Shown piece after piece: positions 1 to 12,345 of a DNA stretch of 63,431 nucleotides. The DNA is from Hydrolagus affinis (Eukaryota): assembly GCA_012026655.1 (NCBI GenBank), contig JAAILG010001667.1, positions 1-63,431 on the forward strand, read 5' to 3'. How positions within the stretch are numbered: position 1 is the stretch's first letter; each line of letters begins with the position of its first letter. The position numbers were made by a program, and so were the translations under genes. The notes below the pieces were generated by a model. It did not search any database and was not told where the DNA came from. It saw nothing but the letters and a program-made list of their open reading frames with translations.

Positions 1-206
1 GGACAACCTCCCTGCAAGGAGATTGGTTCCAGCCCTATTCAGGTGTAACCCATCCATTTTGTACAGGTTCCACCTGCCCCAGAATTGGTCCCAATGGTCT
101 AGGAACCAGAAACCCTCCTTCCTACACCACTTCTCCAGCCATGCATTGATGTGCCTTATCCTAGCATTCTGAAACTGGCTTGTTCGAGGCACTGGAAGCA
201 ACCCAG
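1..206 (-). mobile_element. CR1-type LINE fragment, ORF1 SGNH/GDSL esterase domain (continues off window)
   Basis: Open frame GLLPVPR...INAWLEKWCRKEGFWFLDHW...YKMDGLHLNRAG containing the DxxH block V motif typical of CR1 ORF1 esterases. Confidence 0.8.
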
Positions 207-1174
207 TTTTTTTTCCATGAAAGCGAGTTACAATCTTAAATAAGATAGCAATGTTGAGTCCTTTTACCTCTGCATTACGATTGTGGTTTGATTTCTGAGC
301 GAGCAGCTCAATTGCACAACACTTACTTTCAGATCAGAATATGAGGCAAACAATATTAACCTGCAAAACACTTTCCAGTCTCTTCATAGGATGCAGGGCC
401 GTGGCTATTGAGATCCACAACATTTAGTTTGTGTCCGCAAATACTCATTTCATTATTTACATGCATACTATGGTTTAATGCAGGTGAAGTCTGTTATATT
501 GTGAAATGCACTGCCCTCTGCTTCTGGCACTGATTATGATTAGCAATCTTCCTGTGCTAAAAATGCCTGACTTCCAGGTTGTCACTGACACAGCCTGTCC
601 ACTGAGCACAGCCTGCGGGAAGTGTCATCATTGGTGTCCTGACAACCAGGAAGTAATTCAGTCTTTTTCACAATTCACTTACAACAGTCCCTGAGATTGG
701 TGCCAGCCAACCTCACCACAGCCAGTAACCTCTCCTGGTATCTGGAATGTATATACCTAGCCAAAATTGGCCTGAAAGAAATATTGAAAAAGTTTTTGTG
801 GGCTGCATGCAGACTCTCACCAGGCCACTGCCTAGCGAACACCCCCATCTCACTGTCCTTGCTGGCCTTCAGCAGCCAGGGTTATCAACTTTGACCCAAT
901 TGAAATCCCACGGGAGGAAAACAGCTTATTCACTATCTCCTGCTCACGGCTTTCAAACAATGACACTGTCGGTATCGCTATTTACCAGCCATGAAAAATC
1001 TGGAAAATGTTCTTCAATTAGCCATAAATTGCTAGATCGGGTCTCTATTCCCATTAGTCCAGCCAGCTGGGGTTTCAGCGTACAATACAAATGATAAGGA
1101 GGCATTTGAAGACAAAGCAAACACCACAGCAGATCTGATTGAACTCTTCACTATTTGGATGAATTAGAGCTTAC

Positions 1175-1345
1175 CTTGGGATTGCCGCCCGCCTCTTTGG
1201 CCGTGTAGAGCATTTGAAGTGCCGACTCTGCCAGGGTCTTGGTCTGATCCAACAGGTTCATCTGCTGCTGGTGGTTGATGGCTTTGGACGCCGCACCGAT
1301 GGAAGCCATGGTCAGTGGCTCAAAGTAACTGGCCATCTGAGACAC
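1175..1345 (-). CDS. TLN1: talin-1 exon 40 (R9)
   Basis: VSQMASYFEPLTMASIGAASK...MLYTAKEAGGNPK; 171 nt; AG/GTAAG. Confidence 0.96.
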
Positions 1346-1796
1346 CTGAAAGCACAGAGAAAGGAGAAATCATATTGCACTTTACTTTTCCCTAGTTTTA
1401 TTGTCAGATTGCCGGGCACTGCGCTCGTTTCTGCAAACTGGCACACTGAAGTGTTGAACATTTAAAACAATTTTGACCCTCAACACTTGCCTCCTCCTCC
1501 ACTTAGAAAAAAATACAGGGTGAACAGTTGGCGAACAAAAGCAATTAATAGTGTGTCGTTCTAGAACTTCAAAATAATCGACAGCTGAGCAAGAACAGTA
1601 AATGTCAACATGTTATATTGGGGAGAAGGTAGACAGGATTGTATGTTTGATCTTTGGGCATCAGGAACCTGAAATATTTTATGTTCTGAGATCGACGAGC
1701 ATTGTCACAAAATAGATTGGGAAACAATCTCAAATCCGCACTTAATTTGGAGGCCGTTACTCAGAAGCTTCCATGATTCCAATGCTGCCGTCTCAC

Positions 1797-1898
1797 CTTA
1801 TGTCCTAACTGAGAAGCCTCAGCCCGAGCTGCCACCGCCACTGGGTCGATGAGGTTGCTGATCTCATGGACAGCTCCAGCCATCTGGTCATGCAAAGC
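1797..1898 (-). CDS. TLN1: talin-1 exon 39
   Basis: ALHDQMAGAVHEISNLIDPVAVAARAEASQLGHK; 102 nt; AG/GTGAG. Confidence 0.96.
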
Positions 1899-2722
1899 CT
1901 GATGTGGAAGGGAATAGAAAACACACACACATAAGATTAGATTTATCCAGATATCCATCACTTTTGACTTTGTGGTGCATTTTTTTCCCCTTTGTTTGTT
2001 TAAATCTCTCTCCCCTCACCTCCATTTCTAAACATATACCATTGTCTGGTCATTGACCAGATTCAAGACATCTTCCAATTTAATTCCTTAGACCAGACTG
2101 TGGCTCCACCAATTTTCCTCTTTATGACATGCTTTGCTCAGACAATAGCAATAAAAAAACCTTGCATTTGATATAGAGGATTGTCACATCAGGGGATATA
2201 CTATAAGGTGAATCAATTGTGGATATTGTGGGTGAATGCAGCAGCCAAAACAGTCAAAGAGTGAGCGACACAAGTGACACAAGATTGCGAATTGGATGAT
2301 TAGGCAAGATATAGTTTGGATTGTTCTATCAACACGATAAGCAGATGCATCCAGTCCCTGTAATATTTTCCATTTATGGAACACCATTTACATTGAAAGA
2401 ATGCTTCAAAGTGCTTTCACGTTGCGAGAATGTCTCACTGCTGGCCGGGCACCCGAGCTGGGGGTGGGAGCTGAAGGGGAAAGATGACCAGAAGGACCAT
2501 CAAAGAGTTACGTCTTGATATGGGCAATGAAAAAGTGAGGGAGCTATTGATAACATTCCTGTCTGATTACATCATCTGCAGTAAATGAAAGGTTTAGCTT
2601 CTTAAAAAAAAAGTTTTAATTCAGACCCATTTTTAACTGGATCCAGTACAATATTAAATTAACATTTTGCAGTTGAGAGTGACACTGTATAACATTATGT
2701 GAGACAATTATTTGGAGCCCAC

Positions 2723-2855
2723 CTCTTGTGAGATATCTTCTCGTGGAGCCAGCTGCTGGCTGATCGCTGCCAAGGAAGCCTGGTCCAAATCCCTAATGCA
2801 CTGATTGAGGGCGTCAATGGCATCATCACACTCTCTCTGTCCTGGAGCTTTATCT
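2723..2855 (-). CDS. TLN1: talin-1 exon 38
   Basis: DKAPGQRECDDAIDALNQCIRDLDQASLAAISQQLAPREDISQE; 133 nt; AG/GT. Confidence 0.96.
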
Positions 2856-3101
2856 CTGTGAACGAGTGAGCAAACAATAAGAGCATAGTTCCCCAAACCA
2901 TAATTCCCAAATGTATTGCAAAATCAACATTCGCAAATCAAAAGTACCACTACAGCTCATTTCACAACAACAAGGATTTAAAGAAATCAACGAGCGAAGC
3001 TTTAGATTGTAGAGAGAAAAAGACACACAAATCCTAATCTGTGCTGTTAGCTGATCGCGAGCCAGGGAGCAGAGTGGGTCAGGAGTAAAGCCTTTAAATA
3101 C

Positions 3102-3283
3102 CTGATTGAAGTAATGAGTTTCTTGATCGAGTCTGACACAGTTCGAGAATGTCCAGCCAAGACTGACCACTTTGGTGGATCTTTGGGATTCACAGCGAGG
3201 GAGCGAGCGGTCTGAATGAGACCAGTGGAACTGTCCAGCATAGTCCTTGCAGCCACCACAATAGGCTCCATAGCATTGAGGCC
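3102..3283 (-). CDS. TLN1: talin-1 exon 37
   Basis: GLNAMEPIVVAARTMLDSS...HSRTVSDSIKKLITSI; 182 nt; AG/GT. Confidence 0.96.
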
Positions 3284-3960
3284 CTGTCATGAGCAATCAC
3301 AATTATACACAGGTACACGCAACAATTTTTTCTGTTAAGCGGTGATTTTCATTGGTTTACACGTGATTCTGTTACTGCTAACACAACTACTGAAAGCAAA
3401 TCAGCAAGGTTTTAATCCATCTTTTGAAACCACTGCCCTCTTGTGGGAAAACCATTATATTGTGGGTTATCTGCACTGATTTTAAACATGGCAAGTTAGG
3501 AGCGATGGAAAATGTAGGTCAGATTCTGCTGAGATGAATTATTGGATACATGAGCTGCATCACACCCACCCCTCAGCAAATATTCTTAACTATACACCCA
3601 ACCTGCATTTTAATTCCCATAGATAGCATTCAGCCTGGCTCAGTTGCTATTACTTTCATCTTGTTTTAGAGAGGGGATTAGGGGGTGGAGGCTCATGTGG
3701 CATTCTAACACCAGCACAGACAAATTGTACCAAATGACCACTTTCTGTGCTGTGGGCAATCAATGTAATTCTATGTATAAAAGGTTTAGCAATGTACCTT
3801 CTTCCAATTCTGAACATGACTATTTCCAGCTAACGGATGAGGAGTTACTACTAGATGCTGGGTACTGCAGTTGAGGTGAAAGAGGATTTTTAGTTACACC
3901 TCTGCCAACTTCAATTTCCCCTGCTCACCACATTGAAACAAGACTTTGGTTCCTGCGTAC

Positions 3961-4101
3961 CTCTGGACTGATCTGAGCTGGAATACTGGCAAACTCGGGG
4001 TTGGAAGCAAAAGCGGTCAGATTCTCAACTGCTTCAATCAGAGGCACCGTGGCAGCACGGCATTTCTCCCGGTTCTCGTCCACAAAAGCACCATCGAGAG
4101 C
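3961..4101 (-). CDS. TLN1: talin-1 exon 36
   Basis: ALDGAFVDENR...PLIEAVENLTAFASNPEFASIPAQISPE; 141 nt; AG/GT. Confidence 0.96.
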
Positions 4102-4239
4102 CTAACAAAACACAACACACTGCGTTTAAAATAGATTTACTGACAATGGCGAGTACGTGCCCCAAGTAAGCCAACCTTTTGTGTATTAAATAAGCCTGCG
4201 GAGTATCAGGGTGTACACTTCACTTCAACACCTGTATAA

Positions 4240-4525
4240 ATAATAATCCTTGCATTTGTTGTAGCGCTTTTCACGTCTTCTAGGCACCTCAAAGACCTTC
4301 AAAGAAGTGAATTGTGAAGTGAATTGACTGAATATTTGTGGGCAAAACGCGGCAGCCAAATGCTTACAGCAGTGTCCCACAAACAGTCAGGAATTGAGCG
4401 ACCAGATTATTACTTTTTAAAAAATCTTTATTTTATTTCTTGAGGGATTATTATCAGGCATGTGAATTAAGGAAATTTGCCCAAGGTTTCGCCCCACCGG
4501 GAATCGAACCCAGGTCTGTCGTTTG
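4240..4525 (-). mobile_element. tRNA-derived SINE with L2-type tail, 5' truncated
   Basis: (ATT)n tail, AAATGCAAGGA, GTGGGACACTGCTGT, CCTTGGGCAA, B-box GGTTCGATTCC; homologous to many copies in the window; ends approximate. Confidence 0.85.
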
Positions 4526-4758
4526 GAACCGTTTGACATGTAGACGAGCAATTCCAACGTTCCTGTCTGGCCAATACAAGTCTGTTTGAAGAGCTTACCT
4601 GTGATTAAAACTGAAGATAGAAATCTGCAACAAATGAGCAGTAGTTTTTAAAGTTTTTAAAAAATGTACTTTATAGATTTTAAAATAAGGAGACGCATTA
4701 AGTTTCTACAGATAAAACAAATCGCGAGACATAGTGGACAACCATCGCAGCATGTTAC

Positions 4759-4920
4759 CTTGATGGTCTTCACAAGGTTGGCTGTGCTATTTGCCACCTC
4801 CTTGGCCGACTGAACAAACTGCCTCTTTGCAACAGGGTTGGATGTCTTGGACGAGGCTAGACGGCAGGCATTGCACAAGGCGGAAGTGTGCTTTGCAACA
4901 ATAGTGGCGGCAGAGAGGAC
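4759..4920 (-). CDS. TLN1: talin-1 exon 35 (R8)
   Basis: VLSAATIVAKHTSALCNACRLASSKTSNPVAKRQFVQSAKEVANSTANLVKTIK; 162 nt; AG/GT. Confidence 0.97.
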
Positions 4921-5056
4921 CTGTTGGATTGGGAAGAGAGAAGTGAGGGGAAGACAAAGACTATCAGTTTATTTGTATTTGCTTTGAGACACCACCTTCC
5001 TTCAATGATGTCTTATATAATAATAATAATCCTTGCATTTGTTATAGCAGCTTATC

Positions 5057-5243
5057 ACATGGTTGAGACAGAAGGCCAGGGCGGGGGAGAGAGGCGGGAG
5101 AGCGACAGAAAGCACGATCGAAGAAGAGGGTCTTGAGACCGGCCTTGAAGGAGGTAACGGTGGAAGCGAGGCAAAGGGACTGTGGGATGCAGTTCCAGAA
5201 TGTGGGGGCAGAGAGACTGAAAACCCGTCCACCGATGGTAGGA
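5057..5243 (-). mobile_element. L2 LINE 3' fragment (preceded by SINE tail 5019-5056)
   Basis: Homologous to 11900-12070 (GGGTCTTGAGACC.GCCTTGAAGGAGG); LWNxIP...FKAGLKTLLF-type L2 terminus. Confidence 0.7.
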
Positions 5244-5255
5244 AGATTGTCTCAC

Positions 5256-5399
5256 CTGTGTCTGGATGCATGCTGGATCCACTAAGTTTTGACAAGCCAT
5301 CTGGATTGCTTGATTTGCTCTGGCAAATTGGGCTGGATCAACCAATCCTTGCTGTCCTGCGTGACTGTTAGGATCTGAAATCCCTACAAGGTAGGCAGC
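5256..5399 (-). CDS. TLN1: talin-1 exon 34
   Basis: AAYLVGISDPNSHAGQQGLVDPAQFARANQAIQMACQNLVDPACIQTQ; 144 nt; AG/GTGAG. Confidence 0.96.
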
Positions 5400-6137
5400 C
5401 TGCATAAGATGAAAAGATGTGTAAAAAAAAAAGTTAGCTGCATTTCTACTCTACCTTAGCTTTGATATCTTTGCGGTCATTTGCTAGAGTTAATAATATT
5501 CAAGTCATGCAATGGACCATTAATTACTCTGCATTTGCAATCAGTTCTCTTTGGTCACCTAAGTTCACTGCTATGTGTGGAAAGCCATCACTATACTTGA
5601 GTCTCCAAACCAAACTGAGTTCCAATTATGTACACGTCACCTCTGTGTGGAAATGTCCTCGTGTTTGAAATGAAAAGTGCACTCTCTCCCTAGAGGGACA
5701 CATCCTGTTTACCTAATTTCACAGAATATTAGATGTTACTTGGCAAGAGCCAAGGCTTGGGAACTACACAGAAGGCATGTTGAGCTATTGCTGTAATTTA
5801 ACCAGCTAAAACTGCAGATTGCCACTGAAACCACTGTCTGGCAGCTTTCCTGCTGCTTTCCAGCTAGGACCACCCTACCCGTTAGGACTTTGGCTTGCAG
5901 GGTTAACAGAAGCTGAATGGGAAGATTCTCAGTCCCTCCAGTCCTGATGATCAGGTTGACTTCATCTGTCATTAGCAATGCCTGAAGTACTACTGGTTCG
6001 GCTCTGGAACCAGATTACCGAGACTGAACTATCGTGACCGGCAGCAGAATAAGAGGCTATTTTTTTTCTCCTAGGTTTGCCAGAAAATGTGGTCTAGGCA
6101 AACTCGGAATGTAAAATAATAATAATCCTTGCATTTT

Positions 6138-6470
6138 GAGTAAAACCTCAATAATCCGATATTTCGAAAGCCGGCAACTCCCTAAAACCGGTACGATTTC
6201 AAAATACAAACAGCATAAATTTTCTCCGATATCCGACAAGTTCCCCCAAATTCAGAACAGCTACTTGCAGTTCACACTGGCGCCTCTCTGTTACCTGACT
6301 CTGTGGTTGCCACTCGGGCATAGTTTGGCTTCAGTGCTGTGTTTACAGTCCATGTGGTGTATGGGACGGCGCTGCCCCAGCCATTTCTAGGGTAGGTTCT
6401 AAATACCTGCACACTCTGAAATCCGGGAGGTGAGTGGGCCCAACAGCGCCAGATTATCAAGATTTTACTG
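6138..6470. mobile_element. Tc1/mariner (Tigger-like) MITE nested in a SINE tail
   Basis: Imperfect TIRs GAGTAAAACCTCAATAATCCG / CAGATTATCAAGATTTTACTG followed by TA; SINE tail 6115-6137 resumes at 6471. Confidence 0.7.
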
Positions 6471-6730
6471 TAAAGCCTTATCACATCTTCAAGACGTCTC
6501 AAAGCTATACTGTAAAGTGAAAAGATTGTATATTTTGGGGGCGAAAAGTGATACAAGTAAACTGCGGCAAGTGAATTAGTGAAAAGTATGGAAACCTTTG
6601 GACTTTCACAGCTTGCTTCCCAAATACACTTGTTAAGTTATTGTTTTAGCACAGTTTAACTGAAAGGATGAAATGAGAAGTTGACCTCAAGCTTCAATGA
6701 CTTCAGTTTAAGAACAGGAACAAAACTCAC

Positions 6731-6853
6731 CTGTGCAGCTGCTTCTGTGAGTCCACACAAAGCCTTGGAGCCAGCGCTGACTGAATCACCAAAGGCTGGC
6801 AGGTCACTATTCTTAGCGTTGTGAGAAATTCCAGTCATTGCTTCTCCAAGCAC
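6731..6853 (-). CDS. TLN1: talin-1 exon 33
   Basis: VLGEAMTGISHNAKNSDLPAFGD...LCGLTEAAAQ; 123 nt; AG/GTGAGT. Confidence 0.96.
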
Positions 6854-7574
6854 CTGCACAAAGATGGAGGGCAAAGCTAGATTTTAGACCAAATGTCATA
6901 GACTGGGCCAATGGTGAAGGAGTAGGACCATGCGTTTTATTACAGTAACCAAATTCAGCAATTTCACTCCAAACATTTTCAGCAAAGAAACTAGTCGAGG
7001 ATTAACTTTTTGTACTAAGTTCTTTCAGGGTAACTATCCATTTCCAACACTAAGGTTCCAGCTTGGTTTACACACCCAATAAATGATGAAGTAATTAAAC
7101 ACAAATTTACCTAGTCAAAAACACTTTTAAAAAATCCACACAAAAGCAATACATTGAAGCATCTCCAAAATAAAAGGTAGATATTACATACTTTTAGCAA
7201 ATGTTACCACTGCACAATGGACATCTGGGATCATATTATAATGTACATTATTAATCTAATAATTAAAACTTCTAATATTTGGTCTAGAACCCATCTGTAT
7301 TGCAACGCATTGATATTCCCTTAAAACATTATGCCAAAAGACAAACTGTCTTAATTGGAAGTGTCAATATTGGACCATTGTGACAATTCATGGAAAAGCA
7401 AAGTACAGCAATAAGAATAACAATCCCCGTATTTGATTATAGTGCCTTATCACATCATCAAAACATGTCAAAACAATTCACAGGATTTTACTATAAAATG
7501 AGTGACCCTATTTAAACCAGCAGCCAATCATCGAACACTAATGTCCCGTGACCAAAAAAGGTTTGTATGCTTAC

Positions 7575-7664
7575 CTTGGAATTCTCCATAACGTTGTCGA
7601 TGCAGTCAAAGTATGACAAGTCATTGACAGCCTCAGTGGGATTGTCCAGCATTCCTTTGACAGT
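7575..7664 (-). CDS. TLN1: talin-1 exon 32
   Basis: TVKGMLDNPTEAVNDLSYFDCIDNVMENSK; 90 nt; AG/GTAAG. Confidence 0.96.
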
Positions 7665-7878
7665 CTGTAAGAAAGTCACATTCCGATTTATAAAGTAGTT
7701 TGTGAGGATAACATCCCACGACAGATAGAAATGTAGTTTTGCTGAATTGTAACACACAGTGCAAGCTCGTGCATCTCGGTGCAGCATTGTGTCACCTCAT
7801 CCCTGTCTTGGCCTGATGCCACTTTTATGGAGCTCCTGATGTCAATAGAGAGGCTAATGGGATTAATGCAAATCCAAT

Positions 7879-7902
7879 TTGGCTTCATTATAATGAAGCC
7901 AA
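7879..7902. repeat. perfect 24-bp palindrome
   Basis: TTGGCTTCATTA|TAATGAAGCCAA. Confidence 0.9.
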
Positions 7903-8157
7903 CACTACTATTGATAAAAACAACACCAACATAACAAAAACATTATAAGTTCAAAGACTGAACCTCAGCGCTTTAATTTCATTAATTTCCATGTGAGGGA
8001 GGGGGAACGGGGGAGAGAGAAGGGTTGGGAGGGGAGAAAAATCAGGCCAAAAGGTCTGGAAAGGAAACGATTCAATCAAAGGGCCGAAGAAAAGAAATCC
8101 TAAAGGAATACTTTATCCACACAATTTCACCGTTCTCCACTTCGAAAAATAACTAAA

Positions 8158-8475
8158 AATAATAATAATGCTTGCATTTTGATATAGCGCTTTTCACATC
8201 TTCCAGACGTCTCAAAGCGCTTCACAGAATATACTATAAAGTGAACTGACTATATATTTGAAGACGAAATGCGGCAACCAACTGCGCACAGTAGTGTCCC
8301 ACAAACAGTCGTGGATTGAAATGACCAATTTATTATAAGTTGTTTTTTGGACGGATTATTATTAGGCTTGTGGAGTAAAGAAACTTGCTCAAGGTTTTGC
8401 TCTGACCTGCTTGGAGTCAAAACACAGGTATCACGTTTGTAAGGCGAATGCTCTAACCACTGAGCTACAGGGCTC
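8158..8475 (-). mobile_element. tRNA-derived SINE, near full length (short form)
   Basis: A-box TAGCTCAGTGG head through (ATT)n tail. Confidence 0.9.
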
Positions 8476-9929
8476 TAATACAGAGATAACCGCTAACAGT
8501 ATTCAAATGGTTGCTCCAAATAAAAGCGCAGCTTCTGATCAGACAGTGCCTTCGACTGCTTTAACTTTAGGAATTTCATTTGTAGGCTGGGCTCCATCTG
8601 GCGGTAACTCGATGGAAGATAGCCTCGCTCATCCCTCCCAAACTACAAAGTGATTGAAAGTGGCAGAGGCTCATGGCAGGCGGCAATGTCTCCAGTGTAT
8701 TGGTATATTATAACTCTCCTGAGCCAGAACTTAAACCAACTACAATTTTAGATTTTGATAGCATCTCCCACATCAGGAGTACTCCACAAGGAGCTTTGCA
8801 GAATTGACTGGGGTCTAAGTCGAGGTGGGTGAGCAGTAAGAGCTGAAGATAAGGTTAAAAAGTGACCTACAACACACAGTTAAAGAGAAAGATCTTTAGG
8901 TAGGCTTTAAAGGTGGTGAGGGAGTTTGGGGGTGCAGAGGGAGTTTGGTGGGTTGGACGGAGAGGTCATGATGACTCTGGTATCAGACTTCGAAGGAGCA
9001 GGGGGATGGAATTAATTCCATACTAATGCAAGCTACAACTGATCCCATCAACACCAAAGGTGTTTACTTCTTCCTGTATGGAAAGTCAACGATTAACACC
9101 TTCCATTGGAGGCTTGTTCACTAAATCAGAATGTCTAGATGTGGTCTGGTCTGTTGATCTCTAATCATTTCATGTTCCTACAGGAAATAGTGTTTCTGGT
9201 TATGAGGTCCCCATTGGTAGTTCATGGCCTGTAGTTTGGCAGTGTGTTTTTCAGTGATTATTTTGCCTGTAAAATCTGTTTGCACATGCAGTGAAATTCA
9301 AACATAACTGTTTGAACTCAATTTGGCAGCTTGAGGGGTGAAGAGGACTTTTAAGAACAAAGACAGCTATCGTCGTACTTCATGCCTTGATAATTTGGGA
9401 CTTATTTTCTGTATACAGTACACTCAATAATCTAATAATCCTTGCATTTGGTAAAGCTGCTGCCTTCTGTCATCGAGACGTCTCAAAGCACTTCACAAGG
9501 ATATTCCTTAAAGCAGCCTGACTGTATTTTGTGGGTGAATGTGGCAGCCAATTTACACAGCGGTGTCCCATTCAATAAAAGTTACGAAGAGGGTTATAGT
9601 TTCTTATGGAATGATGAAAGTAATCTAACCTGTCTCTAACCATAGAGTGCTGTGGATTTACTCAGTTTCACTGCGTTAGACAGCTCTTTAACTAAATATT
9701 ATCTGTTAATATAATGGTATATGATGCAGAACCTCTTTCTGCGATTCTGGCAAAAATCCCCAGATGAATGGCAAACTAAATACGAGAGGATTCAGAGGAG
9801 CTTATGCGTGAGAGAACCCTCCTTATCCCATCATTAATGCCGTTCGAATATTTAATAGTGGATTTAGAAAGCACTTTCAGGGAAAATATACTCCACAAGG
9901 ATCAATCTTGCAGAAGAGATGGGGAAAAT

Positions 9930-10250
9930 AGGACATCATCACATTATTGAGACATCTCAAAATGCTTCACAGAATATACTGTAAATGGATTGACTGTATT
10001 TTGTGGGGAAACGTGATAGCCAATTGTGCACAACAGTGTTCCACAAACAGATAGGGAGTGAATGACCAAATTTTTTGGGATGGGATTGTTAACCCCGGAA
10101 AGCGATCCACCAATTGATTAACAGCTGGGTTCCTACTTACTGCTAAGGTAAACAGAGCTTGCGGAGTAAAATAACTTGCCAAAGGTTTTGTTCCGCCTGG
10201 GAATTGAACCCAGGATCATCTCGCTCACGGGGCGAGCGCACGAACCAAAT
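9930..10250 (-). mobile_element. tRNA-derived SINE, long form with extra central segment
   Basis: Same head and tail plus a 70-80 bp segment (CCTACTTACTGCT..GTAAACAGAG) shared with the 29373 and 61483 copies. Confidence 0.8.
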
Positions 10251-10283
10251 GACCAATTAAGAGTAGTGGTGGTCACCACATAC

Positions 10284-10377
10284 CTCCAGCTCACGGAGAG
10301 CATTATCACATTCCTTCTGTCCCGGCGCCTGCTGTGTGCACATTGTGATAAGCTGGTTGATGCTTTCAGTCACGGCC
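10284..10377 (-). CDS. TLN1: talin-1 exon 31
   Basis: AVTESINQLITMCTQQAPGQKECDNALRELE; 94 nt; AG/GT. Confidence 0.96.
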
Positions 10378-11789
10378 CTGCAGAAGAAGAGAAACAAACG
10401 TCTGTTACTTTACTGCAAAACTACACAAAAATAAATCGAACCACACATATTTGGATTGAACGACCGGTTGCTGCTTCTATTGCAGGAACAAGTCTGGGCT
10501 GTCTTTCGGGTTTGGGGTTTCACTTTCCATATTCCATTATAAATTGAACACGATCTATAAACAGTCTGAGCTTCTCCAGTCTTGCATGACATTCGTCAGT
10601 TTCTCAGATTTGGACTCATTTTGAAAAATGCATTTGGCCATTTTTCACCCCAAAATCTAACTTCCAAGTAGCTGTGCGCTCAAGTAACTGAATTAACAGC
10701 CTTTCTGCGTTTGCCTTAACGTGGATCAGATTCCATCCAGCACTAATTAAAACACAATTCTCATTTAAGCACGACTCCCAAGCCTGTTTGATTACAGAGA
10801 TGTTGGACCACCCTGAAATCCCAGGTGCTAACTTTTAATAAAAGACAAACACAAAGATAGTCACTTCCAGCCGGATCACTGGATAATAACTGGTCTTGTG
10901 TACCCATCCAATTTCCATCTATTCCAGCCTCAAACAACAAAGGCTCCAGTGACCCCTACAGCTATTTGGGTACATTACAAAGCAACATTTTAATATTGAA
11001 GCTAAACCACTGAAAACATCATCGTATAACTCAAGGCTACAATCTTTACCTCTATAGATCACCAGGTTGAATGTTAATATAAACACTCTTAAGTTAGCTG
11101 TGTAATAAGTATTTTGCTCATCCATGCCCTTATACCTTCAATGATTAGATATCTTTTGACAACGTTTGCCGTTGACACAGACAAGAAAGCTGCTTTACAA
11201 GATCGCTATAAAACACTACTTTCATATAGCAATCTCTATCTAGCATCTCACTCAAAAATCCAGTATTGAGCTGCGATGTTGGACAGTGAGTATAAGTGGA
11301 CTACATGACTGTGGAATGCAGCAACAACAACAACAACAACAAAATTACATTTATAGAGCACCTTTCACGTCGGGAGTACATCTGAAGGTGCTGGCAAGGA
11401 CTGGGGTGCAAAAGTGGGGTGAGAGGGAGACAAAGGGGATACATCTAAGCCTTAATTAATGTCTTTCTCTCACCACTATAGCCCCTGTAAACTCTCTGCC
11501 ACAACCACAGGAGCATATGTCATAACACAATGGAATCCTTCCCCTTCCCAGTTCAGGGACACTGAGGCCAACTATAGCGACGCTATACTGGCTGAGATTT
11601 GCTCAAGGTCTCATGGCTGAGGAGAGCAGGAAATGAACCTAGGGTGTGCCTTTTTGGTGACAAAGGTGAGATTGCTGGAACAGGATAGAAACAACAGGCT
11701 AAAATGAGTCGTTCGTTTTTTTTCTCTCCTCACTGAATCTAGCTCTCAATCAATTTCTTTACAAGGCACAAACTCACTAAAAACACACA

Positions 11790-12075
11790 CACACACACAA
11801 CAACAAAATTACATTTATAGTGTGCCTTTCATTTCGGGAGGATGTCCAAAGGCACTGAACAGTCAGGACGGGACCCGAGCAAGGGAGAGGGGCAGGGCAG
11901 GGGGTAGGAGCGGGAGAGAGTTGTGGGGGACAGAGAGTTAGGGGGGCAGCAGAAAGCACGGTGGAAGAGCAGGGTCTTGAGACCAGCCTTGAAGGAGGCG
12001 ACGGAGGGAGCGAGACAAAGGGACTGTGGGATAGAGTTGCAGAGTGTGGGGGCAGAGACACAAGGGAGACCTGAT
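11790..12075 (-). mobile_element. L2 LINE 3' end with (TTG)n tail
   Basis: APTLCNSIPQSL...FKAGLKTLLF, then tail CCTCCCGA..TGAAAGGC.C.CTATAAATGTAATTTTGTTG. Confidence 0.8.
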
Positions 12076-12205
12076 AAGTTCCAACGCACATTTGTTTACA
12101 CAAGACTCGAAAGAGTGATGAGTGACAAACTAGAATGTCAGCCTCTAGGGTTTCTGTCCATGTATGGAGGCCACATAAAATCGCATGGTTGACTTTCATA
12201 CGTAC

Positions 12206-12345
12206 CGGGCTGCAGCCGCAAGTTGATTCTTGATGTTGGGAGCGGTCGGATCAGCAGAAAGAGCTTTGGCTGCCAGTAGAAGTTTGCTGGAAGCCATAGA
12301 AATGCTCTTCAGGTTTCCAATCACCTGAGCCTTGTCTCCTTTGTC
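12206..12345 (-). CDS. TLN1: talin-1 exon 30
   Basis: DKGDKAQVIGNLKSISMASSKLLLAAKALSADPTAPNIKNQLAAAA; 140 nt; AG/GT. Confidence 0.95.
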
